From NCBI GenBank assembly GCA_030635145.1, contig DAOVZK010000004.1, positions 34,497-98,496 of the forward strand: a DNA stretch of 64,000 nt, written 5' to 3'. Below the pieces are notes generated by a model, which saw nothing but the letters and a program-made list of their open reading frames with translations, was not told the DNA's origin and did not search any database. Each line of letters opens with the position of its first letter. Within the stretch, counting starts at the first letter, position 1. A program made the position numbers and the translations under genes. This DNA is from Planctomycetota bacterium. GTDB lineage: Bacteria; Planctomycetota; Phycisphaerae; SM23-33. This document shows positions 39,534-48,870 of the stretch, piece after piece.

Positions 39534-40976
39534 TTACGCCGAATCTTTTGCCGAATCATCTACAGGCGAATTACCGCAAACGTCACTGCAGCACTCATCT
39601 TGCGATTCCGCCGGTTTTTCGCAGCACGCGTTTTGTGATGGGTGTTGGGGTTCTTTCTCCGCGGAACAGCAGCAGGGCTTGGAGGTTGCTTCCTGCTGAG
39701 GCGAAATTTGATTATTGCAAACAACCTCGATGAAACCGTCAGAGTCCTGCGTAATTTCACCGATCACCCAGGCATTGGTTCCGCTGTTTTTCAGGTCGGT
39801 TAAGGCGTCGGTAAGTTTGTCTTTCGGTATCCCCAGCAGCAGTCCGCCCGACGTCTGCGCGTCGAAGCCCAGATAATACGCACCATCTGACACGCCGTCT
39901 TCTCGCGAGATATCATCCGCGACGAACTCCATATTACGCTCAATCGCACCGGGGATAACATCATCCCCAAGCAATTCAATCGCACCGCTAAACGCCGGTA
40001 ATGCACTCGCGAAAATCTTCGCCGTCACCCCACTGGCTCTAACCATCGCGATGAGATGCCCGAACAATCCGAACCCCGTAACATCGGTGCAGGCTGATGC
40101 GTATTTGCTACCGACGACGGCGGCGGTGTTGTTAAGAGTCGTCATTGACTCGCAGCTTTCGGCAAGTCCGCACTGGTCAGCTCTGCCGATCTGGGATGCG
40201 AACGCCAACACGCCGCTGCCAAGTTTTTTCGTCAGTACCAGCACATCCCCAGTCTTAACCGAATCATGTTTGAGATATTTTTTCTCATCGACCAGCCCCG
40301 TTATGGCGAACCCGAGTTTGATTTCTTCGTCTTTAATGCTGTGCCCGCCGATTAACGCAACCCCCGCGGCGTTGAAAATTTCCTGCGCACCAGCCATCAA
40401 CTCATACATCAATTCCCCGTCGAGCGTTTCGACCGGGAACCCCAGAATGCTAAGGGCGGTTTTTGGTACACCTCCCATGGCGTAGATATCGCTGAGGCAG
40501 TTGGCGGCACAGATTTTACCCATCTGCCTTGCATCGTCCACACATGGTGTCATAACGTCGACGGTTTGCACAATGCATAGTCCGTCGGTCAGCCGATAAA
40601 CACCCGCATCGTCGGCGGCGGGTAGTCCGCAGATAACGTTCGGGTCATTGCTAACGGTCAGCCGTTTGAGGACGGCTTCGAGATCGGCGGGTGGAATTTT
40701 GCTCGCGCACCCGGCGTTATGAACCAGTTGCGTCAGGCGAATGTCTTTGATGTTTTTCGGTTCGGGGCGTTCACCGGCACACGGGCAAATCCCCTGATCT
40801 TTGAAAACATCGCACGGGCAGGGACGTTTGGGATCACATATGCAGTGCCCAAGTTTTCTCGACCGCTGCATAATTCGCCGGCGCTTAACCAGATCGACTT
40901 TCGACATCTTTTTCAAAATTTCCAATCCCTCTAGCACGGCCCCCTTCATCCCGGGGGGACGTGTTGAGGGTTGCAA
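39534..40976 (-). CDS. selD: Selenophosphate synthetase with N- and C-terminal Cys-rich extensions (Cys form)
   Basis: GCASKI, DDAGVY, QTVD, GGHSI, TDVTGFGLFGH and DAQTSGGLL motifs. Confidence 0.95.
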   Translation of the reverse strand: MQPSTRPPGMKGAVLEGLEILKKMSKVDLVKRRRIMQRSRKLGHCICDPKRPCPCDVFKDQGICPCAGERPEPKNIKDIRLTQLVHNAGCASKIPPADLEAVLKRLTVSNDPNVICGLPAADDAGVYRLTDGLCIVQTVDVMTPCVDDARQMGKICAANCLSDIYAMGGVPKTALSILGFPVETLDGELMYELMAGAQEIFNAAGVALIGGHSIKDEEIKLGFAITGLVDEKKYLKHDSVKTGDVLVLTKKLGSGVLAFASQIGRADQCGLAESCESMTTLNNTAAVVGSKYASACTDVTGFGLFGHLIAMVRASGVTAKIFASALPAFSGAIELLGDDVIPGAIERNMEFVADDISREDGVSDGAYYLGFDAQTSGGLLLGIPKDKLTDALTDLKNSGTNAWVIGEITQDSDGFIEVVCNNQISPQQEATSKPCCCSAEKEPQHPSQNACCEKPAESQDECCSDVCGNSPVDDSAKDSA

Positions 40977-40979
40977 ATG

Positions 40980-42278
40980 CTACTTCGTCCTGATTTTCGT
41001 ATCCTTGAGTTTAATTCCAAACGGCCCGGCGGCGACCTTCGGTTTGATCGTAAACACTCCGCTTAAATTCTTTGGCACACTCCACGTGTGCGAGCATGTA
41101 CCACCTCAACCATACTCAAACTTACCCGTGTGGACAAGTTTGCCTTGCTCGTCGAAAACTTCCACTTGAGGTTTGCTGCTGTACATCGAATTAACCATCG
41201 CCGACATCCCCGACACATCGGTTAGCTTGAAATTCATCGTAATCCGCCGGCCGCGAGCTTTGATTTTTATTTGCCCGGTTAGCGGAGCTCCGATAGCCAG
41301 CTCAAAAGTCTTACCAGCTGCTGCATTGAATTTCTTCGCCGTTTTCTGCCGCAAGTTCTGCTGATCAATGCTCAATACATCGCCCTTGGTTGGTTGGATC
41401 TGCGTAAACTGCATCACAGTGTATTTACCGGCGGGAATTTCCATTGGTTTGCTGGAACCATCAAGCATCAGTATGTAGTCTTTACCGATTAGACCGATCG
41501 ACCAGTTATCATGATCGATTTTGAGCGTGGCTGTCTTGGCGGTTGAGGGGGTCGCGACAATTTCCGACTTGTCGGGCGACAACGCCACGTCGTACCAAAC
41601 ACCATCAAGAAGTACCGGTGCACCGTAGAGGGATTTTTTCAATTGATTCGGCTGCTTGAAGTTTCCCTTTCCCGTATCAATCAGCAACGTATCTCCGATT
41701 GTAACTCCGCTATTTTTCTGATATCGCGACTTGCTACCGCAGTTCAGGTTGTTGTTACCATCGACAATACGCACCGGATAGGTTTTGTCGCCAAATTTGC
41801 AGGTACCTTCCAATGCGGTTCCAAGGTATGCAATGATGTATTTATGATCACTGCTTGTATAGATGTGTCCCGAAAGCATTACCGGTATGGATTTACCGTT
41901 ACGTTCTACTTGTAATGTTGCAGGTCCAAAGTTCAAGCGGGAAGGATTACCCTTCTCCCTTTTTTTCAGGGGGACTACTTGCTTGTCGTTAAATTTGCCC
42001 TTGCCGCTGAAGTCAAAACGGACTACGTCGAAGCCTTCGGTGTCGGGTGATTGCGAGTCGATTGCCACGCGGATATTCTTCCCCCGCAGCTTTGTGACGA
42101 GAGCTTTTTTGCTGACGGTACCGTCGCCTTCTTTTGGCTTGGTGAATTGGTGGGCAAACAACGATTGTTGCATTATCGCCTGGCCCTGAGTTGCGGGGAC
42201 TGGTTTGAGATCCCCTTGGGCGATAGTTGCAGTCAAAACAACCAGCAGTAAAATGAACAGACCTATTGACGTTTTCAT
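40980..42278 (-). CDS. Putative secreted selenoprotein B, 432 aa; UGA 41106-41108 read as Sec391, motif YG-U-GGTC
   Basis: Signal peptide; frame continues UGGTCSHTWSVPKNLSG...IRTK to TAG 40980-40982, just before the selD start; lies between selB and selD; SECIS-like hairpin. Confidence 0.85.
41075..41091 (-). promoter_or_regulatory. SECIS-like hairpin for UGA 41106
   Basis: GCACAC[GTGGA]GTGTGC; G-starting loop 20 nt after the UGA, matching the general bacterial SECIS pattern. Confidence 0.7.
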
Positions 42279-42385
42279 TTCGGCCCCTTTCTCGAGGTTG
42301 TATCTCGAAAAATGTTTAACGTATTATACAGGCAACAGATATGCAGCGTCAAAGGGGTTTTTGCGGAAAACACTGCGCCGATGGG

Positions 42386-44332
42386 TTATTCGTTTTCGAG
42401 AATTTCGCGGGCCAGTCGGCCGGGCCGGCGGCGGTTGGCGTTGCGGACGGTCCAATGCGTAACGTCGAAATAATCCAGCAGCGGCACGGCGTATTTTCTG
42501 CTGACACCGATGGCGTCGCGAAACTCAACTGTCTCGAAGAATTTCTGCCCGCGGAACAAATCGAGCACAACTTCGCGCGCCTTATCCACACCGCATTTGT
42601 GCATGTAGACGTTATCAGCTAACCGCACCGCCAAGCTGCGAGAACAAATCAGCTCCAGAACCTCGTCAATTTTTTGCTGCGGAGACTGCAGCTGCTCGGC
42701 AAGCTGATCGGGACGCGGTGGAGCACACAGAGATTTTTTTAATACGCTCAATACTTGTTCGTAAAGTTCTGCAATATCGCTCGGCAGCGAGAGATTAAAT
42801 TCGCAGTGCGAAATTTTCCCCGCCTCTTCGCTGATTTTTCCATCGGCGAGAAGTTTTTCGCAGCACTTGGCGAAAATCGCTTTGGGCAAGGCCGTCTGTG
42901 TAAGCAGGGCAGCTGTGTCGAGCCCCGGTAACTGCGGGTTGGCTGCGTGGAATTGTTCCAGTGCGTGCGTAATAGTTTCACATGCCTGCGAAAAATAATC
43001 CGCACCGGCAATTGAATCCCCAAGAACGATGGCGTCGCCATGCTGCGTAAGGTTTGCGATAATTCCCGCGATTTCATTGTCGGTAAGTTGCAGCATATCC
43101 GCCAGGCCGTCGGTGGTAACCATGCGATCCGAATATTTTAAATAGCGTTTTGCAAAGTTTGTAGCATATTCTGGGTGTTCGATGGCGTCGCTGAGTTGTT
43201 CAAGTTTTTCGATTACTTCAGGCCGGTTGCGGCGTAATTTGCGGTTGCTGCGATCCAGAAACACACCGCCACCCAACGTCGTAAAAATTCCGCCCATCTG
43301 CCCGCGAACAACGAATCGGTCACCCGGAATTACGGGCAGCTTGACAGCGGATCGAAACTGAACATATCCACGCCAGTTCGATTCCATAACACCGGATGAC
43401 AAGGGAACGATTTTGACCGGCACGTCTATGGTGCCGACATGCAGGCGGACTTCGGCATGGTCTTTGATAGGTTTTGCGATGCTCCCCAGCACGCGAAACG
43501 ACGCTTCGAACATCTCGGGTGTCGCTATTTTTCGTTCGCTGAGCAAGCTTCCGCGGGTGCAGTCTTCGGGGGGCGTGTTGGCGAGATTAATCGCCGTACA
43601 TTCGCCCGCCCGGGCTGTGTCGCAGAGCTGCCCGTAAACCTCAAGCCCGCGGACTCGCACTTTTTTTCCCGATGGCCAGGCGCAGAGGGCATCGCCAACG
43701 CTCACGCTACCGCTGCACGGAATTCCCGACGCGACGGTTCCGAACCCCTTGACGTGAAAACTTCGCTCGACCCACTGGCGGTAAAGTCCACCGGTGCTTC
43801 GCTCAGCGGTGGCGTCGACTTCGCGGTTCAGCTCGGTCAGAAAATTGTCGTACCCCTCGCCGGTAATATTGGAAACTTCGCAAACCGCCTTGCCCTCGAG
43901 AAACGTACCCTTAACGAACGACCGTATCTGCCCACCCAGTTCCATCCGCCGTTTTTCACTCACGAGGTCAACCTTAGTCATCACCACCAAACCAAACGTC
44001 ACTCCCATCAGCGTAAGAATATCCAGATGCTCGCGGGTTTGCGGCATGATGCCATCGTCGGCGGCGATAACGAGCATCAGCACATCCACACCGTGCGCAC
44101 CGGCAACCATGTTTCGGATGAACCCCACATGCCCGGGAACGTCCACAATGCCCACAATACGATCATCCGCCATTTTGCACGGGGCAAAACCCAGCTCGAT
44201 AGTCAGCCCGCGCGTTTGCTCTTCAGCGAGCGTATCGGTGTTGCACCCAGTGAGCATTTTCACCAGCGCCGTCTTGCCATGATCCACATGCCCAGCCGTC
44301 CCAAGCATCACGTTTTTACAACGTTGCGTCAT
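42386..44332 (-). CDS. selB: Selenocysteine-specific elongation factor SelB
   Basis: GTAGHVDHGKT, RGLTIELGF and DVPGH motifs; C-terminal winged helix FRDAIGVSRKYAVPLLDYFD. Confidence 0.96.
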   Translation of the reverse strand: MTQRCKNVMLGTAGHVDHGKTALVKMLTGCNTDTLAEEQTRGLTIELGFAPCKMADDRIVGIVDVPGHVGFIRNMVAGAHGVDVLMLVIAADDGIMPQTREHLDILTLMGVTFGLVVMTKVDLVSEKRRMELGGQIRSFVKGTFLEGKAVCEVSNITGEGYDNFLTELNREVDATAERSTGGLYRQWVERSFHVKGFGTVASGIPCSGSVSVGDALCAWPSGKKVRVRGLEVYGQLCDTARAGECTAINLANTPPEDCTRGSLLSERKIATPEMFEASFRVLGSIAKPIKDHAEVRLHVGTIDVPVKIVPLSSGVMESNWRGYVQFRSAVKLPVIPGDRFVVRGQMGGIFTTLGGGVFLDRSNRKLRRNRPEVIEKLEQLSDAIEHPEYATNFAKRYLKYSDRMVTTDGLADMLQLTDNEIAGIIANLTQHGDAIVLGDSIAGADYFSQACETITHALEQFHAANPQLPGLDTAALLTQTALPKAIFAKCCEKLLADGKISEEAGKISHCEFNLSLPSDIAELYEQVLSVLKKSLCAPPRPDQLAEQLQSPQQKIDEVLELICSRSLAVRLADNVYMHKCGVDKAREVVLDLFRGQKFFETVEFRDAIGVSRKYAVPLLDYFDVTHWTVRNANRRRPGRLAREILENE

Positions 44333-45747
44333 TGGGCTGCACCGATCATCGCAAAGGTTTTTGCAATGGCATCTATGTCGCCCGGAAGCAAGGTTCGCAC
44401 ATCGAGAATGACTTTCTCCTCGCTTATACGGCTGAAAATCGGCACCTCGCCCGTTCGCAACTCAGCCCCCAGCGAATCTGCCGACATCCCATCAACGCTA
44501 ACCCCCACGCCGAATCCGGGAAGCTTTTCCATCGGTAACGATCCGCTCCCGAGGAAACCTGCTGAGTCGATGACGGCGGCGGCGACTTTCCCCGAGGCCT
44601 TGCTGATAGCATCACACAACTGCTGCGCCGTTTGCTTAAGTTCGTCGGGCTTCAGCGAGAGCATCATGTAAAGCGGATGTTCGCGGTTGAGCTTTTCACG
44701 ATCACGAAAAAGCATCAATGTTCGCTCAAGCACCATAAGCGAGCTTTTGTCGGCCCGAAACGCACGATACAACGGGTGCTTACGACATTTGTTGATAAAC
44801 TTTTCCTTACCGACGAGAATTCCGCCTTGGGCGGCACCGATGAGTTTGTCGGCGCTGAAAAGTACGATATCGGCCCCGGTTTGCACGGAGTGCTGCACGG
44901 TCGGTTCGTGCGGAAGCCCGTAATCGGCAAGGTCGACAAGTGCCCCGGCCCCAAGGTCGTCGATCATCGGTAAGTCATGCTCGTGGGCAAGGGCGGTGAG
45001 TTCTTCGACGCCTACGCTGCTGGTAAATCCGACGATTCGATAGTTGCTGGGATGTGCGCGGAAGACGGCGGCGGTGTTTTCGGTGAGGGCTTTTTCGTAG
45101 TCGCGCAGATGCGTGCGGTTTGTCGATCCGACTTCGACGAGTTTGCAGCGTGAAAGCTCCATGACCTCCGGTAAGCGAAAGCTCCCGCCGATTTCGATCA
45201 GCTGCCCGCGCGAAACGATGACTTCTTTGTTGCTCGCCATCGCTGCCAACACCAACGTGGTTGCGGCGGCGTTGTTGTTGACCACGATCCCGGCCTCGGC
45301 GCCGGTTAGTTCGCAAAGCATGTTGTTAACTTTGGTGTCACGCTCGCATCGCTTGCCGGTTTTTTCGTCTATCGCAAGCGTTACGTAACCCTTAAGGTCG
45401 TTGATGATGTCGTCGACTACGCAGGTCGGCCAGACGGCACGGCCTAATCCGGTGTGCAGAATGATGCCGGTGGCATTTACGGCCCGTCGCAGATGCGGCC
45501 GCGTTCGCTCGCACAGATTTTGCTGCACGATACCCAAAATGAACTCGCTGCTGATGTGCTGCACTCCGCAGCGGCCGGTGCTGTCGTTGAGAATCTGCTG
45601 GCGCAGAGAATCGATAGCATCTCGCACGCAATTTACCACGAGCGTTCGCGGATGATCTTGCAGCCAAGCCGCCACGATATCAATTTTAATGAGATCATCT
45701 ATCGACGGAAGTTTTCGCAAAAGTTCTTGTTTGATCGCCGCTGCCAT
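44329..45747 (-). CDS. selA: L-seryl-tRNA(Sec) selenium transferase
   Basis: NATGIILHTGLGRA, VNNNAAA, SRGQLIEIGGSFR and FSADKL motifs; ATGA overlap with selB. Confidence 0.96.
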   Translation of the reverse strand: MAAAIKQELLRKLPSIDDLIKIDIVAAWLQDHPRTLVVNCVRDAIDSLRQQILNDSTGRCGVQHISSEFILGIVQQNLCERTRPHLRRAVNATGIILHTGLGRAVWPTCVVDDIINDLKGYVTLAIDEKTGKRCERDTKVNNMLCELTGAEAGIVVNNNAAATTLVLAAMASNKEVIVSRGQLIEIGGSFRLPEVMELSRCKLVEVGSTNRTHLRDYEKALTENTAAVFRAHPSNYRIVGFTSSVGVEELTALAHEHDLPMIDDLGAGALVDLADYGLPHEPTVQHSVQTGADIVLFSADKLIGAAQGGILVGKEKFINKCRKHPLYRAFRADKSSLMVLERTLMLFRDREKLNREHPLYMMLSLKPDELKQTAQQLCDAISKASGKVAAAVIDSAGFLGSGSLPMEKLPGFGVGVSVDGMSADSLGAELRTGEVPIFSRISEEKVILDVRTLLPGDIDAIAKTFAMIGAAQ

Positions 45748-45807
45748 ATCAGCCTCCCACAAGTAGCATTAATTTTTTCGACAAGATTACAGGATAGTTA
45801 TTTGTTT

Positions 45808-46047
45808 GTAAACGTTCACGCTCTTGTTCCTGTTAATCCAATTTTTTATTAAATTTTTTTGACAGGATCACAGGATTAACTACAAATTATTGAAAAAAGA
45901 AAACAAAAACTATTAACAGTAAACCCCGTCGCAATGGGACAGGGCTGAATTTAATCAGATGTACAACATTTTCAATTATGATTAACAGGATTTTTAAATC
46001 TATATCCTATCCTGTTATCCTGTCAAAATTTTCGCGTGAACGGGTAT
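45808..46047. mobile_element. MITE-like element, copy 2 of the 8044-8291 family
   Basis: Shared blocks such as TATATCCTATCCTGTTATCCTGTCAAAATTTTC. Confidence 0.65.
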
Positions 46048-46079
46048 ATTTATTTTGGATTTCGGAATTCTTCTAATTG

Positions 46080-46841
46080 CTAGCGGTCGGTTTCTGTAAA
46101 TACCCGTCGCACTTTCAAAAGCACATTTACGAAATCATCGCCTAGCCGATTTCGCGGGCGGGGTAGATCGACCTGGAATTCCGCAACCATTCGGCCTGCC
46201 GCCATGACGACGATGCGGTCGGCAAGGAAAACTGCTTCTTCGAGAGAGTGCGTGACGAACAGCACCGTTTGGTGATCCTCAAACCAAACGTCCAGTAGCT
46301 CACCCTGCAACCGGTGCCGCGTCGGTTCGTCTAAATTCGCAAACGGTTCGTCCATCAGCCAAATTCGCGAACCGGCACACAACGTACGTCCAAGCGCCAC
46401 ACGCTGCCGCATTCCGCCCGAAAGCTCATGCGGAAAACTCTTGGCGACCTTCTGTGGCAGCCCCACCCGCGAAAGTGCCTCCCTGGCAGCAGCGATTCGC
46501 TTGTGCCGTTTGGCACCTTGAATTTCCGGGCCAAGAGCGATATTGTCCAAAACCTTTCGCCACGGTAAGAGGTTTCCCTCTTGCGTCACCAGGCCAATAT
46601 CTGCTGCCCCATTTACGCGACTCGAGTCTACGACCACCTCGCCCGTCGTTGGTTTTTCAAGCCCCGCCGCCAACCGCAGCAACGTGGTTTTACCGCAACC
46701 CGACGCACCCAGCACGCATGTGAGCTGACCTTCGTGGGCTAGTAGATTGAAGTCGCGCACGGCCCACACATCACCTCGACCGGGGGTTGAGAAACACTTC
46801 CCGGCGTTGCTGAATCGAATTAGTTCACGTTTGTCGTTCAT
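46080..46841 (-). CDS. NitT/TauT-family ABC transporter ATPase
   Basis: GASGCGKT, LSGGMRQR and MDEPF motifs. Confidence 0.9.
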   Translation of the reverse strand: MNDKRELIRFSNAGKCFSTPGRGDVWAVRDFNLLAHEGQLTCVLGASGCGKTTLLRLAAGLEKPTTGEVVVDSSRVNGAADIGLVTQEGNLLPWRKVLDNIALGPEIQGAKRHKRIAAAREALSRVGLPQKVAKSFPHELSGGMRQRVALGRTLCAGSRIWLMDEPFANLDEPTRHRLQGELLDVWFEDHQTVLFVTHSLEEAVFLADRIVVMAAGRMVAEFQVDLPRPRNRLGDDFVNVLLKVRRVFTETDR

Positions 46842-46842
46842 A

Positions 46843-47685
46843 CTATCGTTCCTGTACCATCCATCGGGTACTGCGAAGCGAGGCCAGACGTAACACCGCA
46901 TCGAAACACAAGCCAATCAGGCCGATAACGATGATACTTGCGAAGGCGTATTCGTAGGAGGCTGTCTCGTGGGCGACGGCGATCATGTATCCAAGCCCGC
47001 CGCGCGTGCCGGGGAAAATTTCGGCTGCGATAATCACTCGCCAAGCAATTCCACCGGCAAGGCGCAGCCCCGTAAAAATCGCCGGACTCGCACTCGGGAG
47101 CACGATCTTTGTCAGCACGGCAAACTTTCCGGCACCTAAAACCGTCGCGGCCTCGATGTGACTTTGGCGAACATGCTGTGCCCCGGAAGCGGTGTTGAGC
47201 ACAATCGGAAAAAATGCGCCCATCCAGATGACGGCGATTATGGCGAATCGCAGCTGGTCGAGCACCCCGTGCTGCCATGCGTTTTGGCCGTAAACGGCAG
47301 TCGCCGGACTCGACAAACCGAAAACGATAATCGTAATCGGAATCCACGCAATCGGACTTATCGCCATCGCCACAGCAGTAACCGGAGCGAGAATTTCCCT
47401 GCCGGTTCGGCTGCGCCCTATAAGCAGCCCGACAGGGATGCCTGTAATTACAGCCAGCAGAAACCCGCACAACATGCGAAGCACGCTAACGGCAGCGCCG
47501 TCGGCGAGGGATGTCGAGTCCAGGCAGAGCGGCTCGCGAAACGGATGAATCAGAATCTGCACCACCGACCAGACGGACGGGACGACAACGCTGCCGGGGG
47601 CGGTGAAATACCACAGCAAAATCACGCCCATCGGAATCATCGCACCGAGGAGCATTTTTCGGATTGCTGTTCGGGGGGTTATCAT
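46843..47685 (-). CDS. NitT/TauT-family ABC transporter permease
   Basis: IEAATVLGA EAA loop; AWRVIIAAE. Confidence 0.9.
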   Translation of the reverse strand: MITPRTAIRKMLLGAMIPMGVILLWYFTAPGSVVVPSVWSVVQILIHPFREPLCLDSTSLADGAAVSVLRMLCGFLLAVITGIPVGLLIGRSRTGREILAPVTAVAMAISPIAWIPITIIVFGLSSPATAVYGQNAWQHGVLDQLRFAIIAVIWMGAFFPIVLNTASGAQHVRQSHIEAATVLGAGKFAVLTKIVLPSASPAIFTGLRLAGGIAWRVIIAAEIFPGTRGGLGYMIAVAHETASYEYAFASIIVIGLIGLCFDAVLRLASLRSTRWMVQER

Positions 47686-48839
47686 TTTTTGAGAGCACCG
47701 CTCGATTGCAACTCCTCGTAGGCCTGTTTGCACAGCTCAAGGCTGCAGATGTCCTTGATGAAGTTGTCAGGAGAGATGGTTGCGTATTTACCTTTAAACG
47801 TTCCGGTGTCCTGCATCAGGGTGACCCATGTTTTCATTCCCGATATCCAGCTGTCAGTCGGTTCGGCGAGGTATGAAATGGTCGGAACCGACATCACCTC
47901 GACTTCGCGTGGATTTTTCGTCCACCGGGAGGCGCAGTCGATAGCGGTGCCCTGATTATCCTGGATAAGCTTCGTGGCGAGTATGATGCACTTGAGTAAA
48001 GCTTTGACGGCGTCGGGATGGTCTTCGAGAGTTTTGACGGTGGCGCTGACGCAGCAGCATGGGTGGTCGACCCACTTGCCGTTCGGGGGCAGATCGCGCA
48101 GTTCGGCGACTACCTTACCGAGCTTCTTATGTACAGCTACTGCGACAGGGGGCTGATGCATTACGAAACCGTCGATGGCTTGACTTTCGAGAAGTGGTAG
48201 GGGGCTTTTTTCGCTCATCATGTTGATGAGGACCACGCGTGCGTTTTTGTCGGCGGGGTTTTGGGAAAATGGTATGCCCGCGGATTTCAGGGCACCGACA
48301 AAAACGAGTTTGGCGACGGCGGTGGGGGCTTTGTATCCGATTTTCAGTGGCCTTTTGCCGTTTTTGGCGGCTGCGACGAAGGAGTCCCAGTCGTTGATTT
48401 CGCTGCCGGTTCGCATAACAAGCATATCACCGTCGGTTTGCAGCGGACAGATGATCTTAAAGGGCTGACCTTTGTCGGCGAACTTGGCGACGGCTGCGAC
48501 ACCGCCCAAACCAATGTCGAGTTCGCCACGGGTCATGGCGGCGGGCATTCTGCTGCCACCACCAACTTTCACAAATCGCAGCAATGCAAGCTTCTTACCA
48601 TTTTCGATAAGTTCGTAAACTTCCCGCGGTTTGACTTCCTTAAGATAGGGCAGCGATGCTTTTTTGAAGCGCTCGCCCTCCAGGGCAGCTACGAAAAGGG
48701 CTAATTGATGGTCGTGCCCCACATGGCCGACCGTAAGCATAACGGGTGCGCTATCGGAGGGATCCTGAGGCTGCGACGATTTGTTACATCCTAAAACCGC
48801 GATCACAATAAACGAGAACAACAGCATCTTGCTTTTCAT
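47682..48839 (-). CDS. NitT/TauT-family ABC substrate-binding lipoprotein
   Basis: Lipobox VLGC; GHDHQLA and DHPCCC motifs. Confidence 0.85.
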   Translation of the reverse strand: MKSKMLLFSFIVIAVLGCNKSSQPQDPSDSAPVMLTVGHVGHDHQLALFVAALEGERFKKASLPYLKEVKPREVYELIENGKKLALLRFVKVGGGSRMPAAMTRGELDIGLGGVAAVAKFADKGQPFKIICPLQTDGDMLVMRTGSEINDWDSFVAAAKNGKRPLKIGYKAPTAVAKLVFVGALKSAGIPFSQNPADKNARVVLINMMSEKSPLPLLESQAIDGFVMHQPPVAVAVHKKLGKVVAELRDLPPNGKWVDHPCCCVSATVKTLEDHPDAVKALLKCIILATKLIQDNQGTAIDCASRWTKNPREVEVMSVPTISYLAEPTDSWISGMKTWVTLMQDTGTFKGKYATISPDNFIKDICSLELCKQAYEELQSSGALKK

Positions 48840-48870
48840 TTTCTTGCCCCTTTCTGGTGCATATGTTGTA

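Noticed and set aside
44329-44332. TGA stop of selA (and of the ABC binding protein at 47682) as Sec
   Set aside because: These are ordinary ATGA stop/start overlaps for translational coupling.
43439-44671. 410 aa plus-strand ORF
   Set aside because: Antisense shadow of selB/selA with no recognisable motifs.
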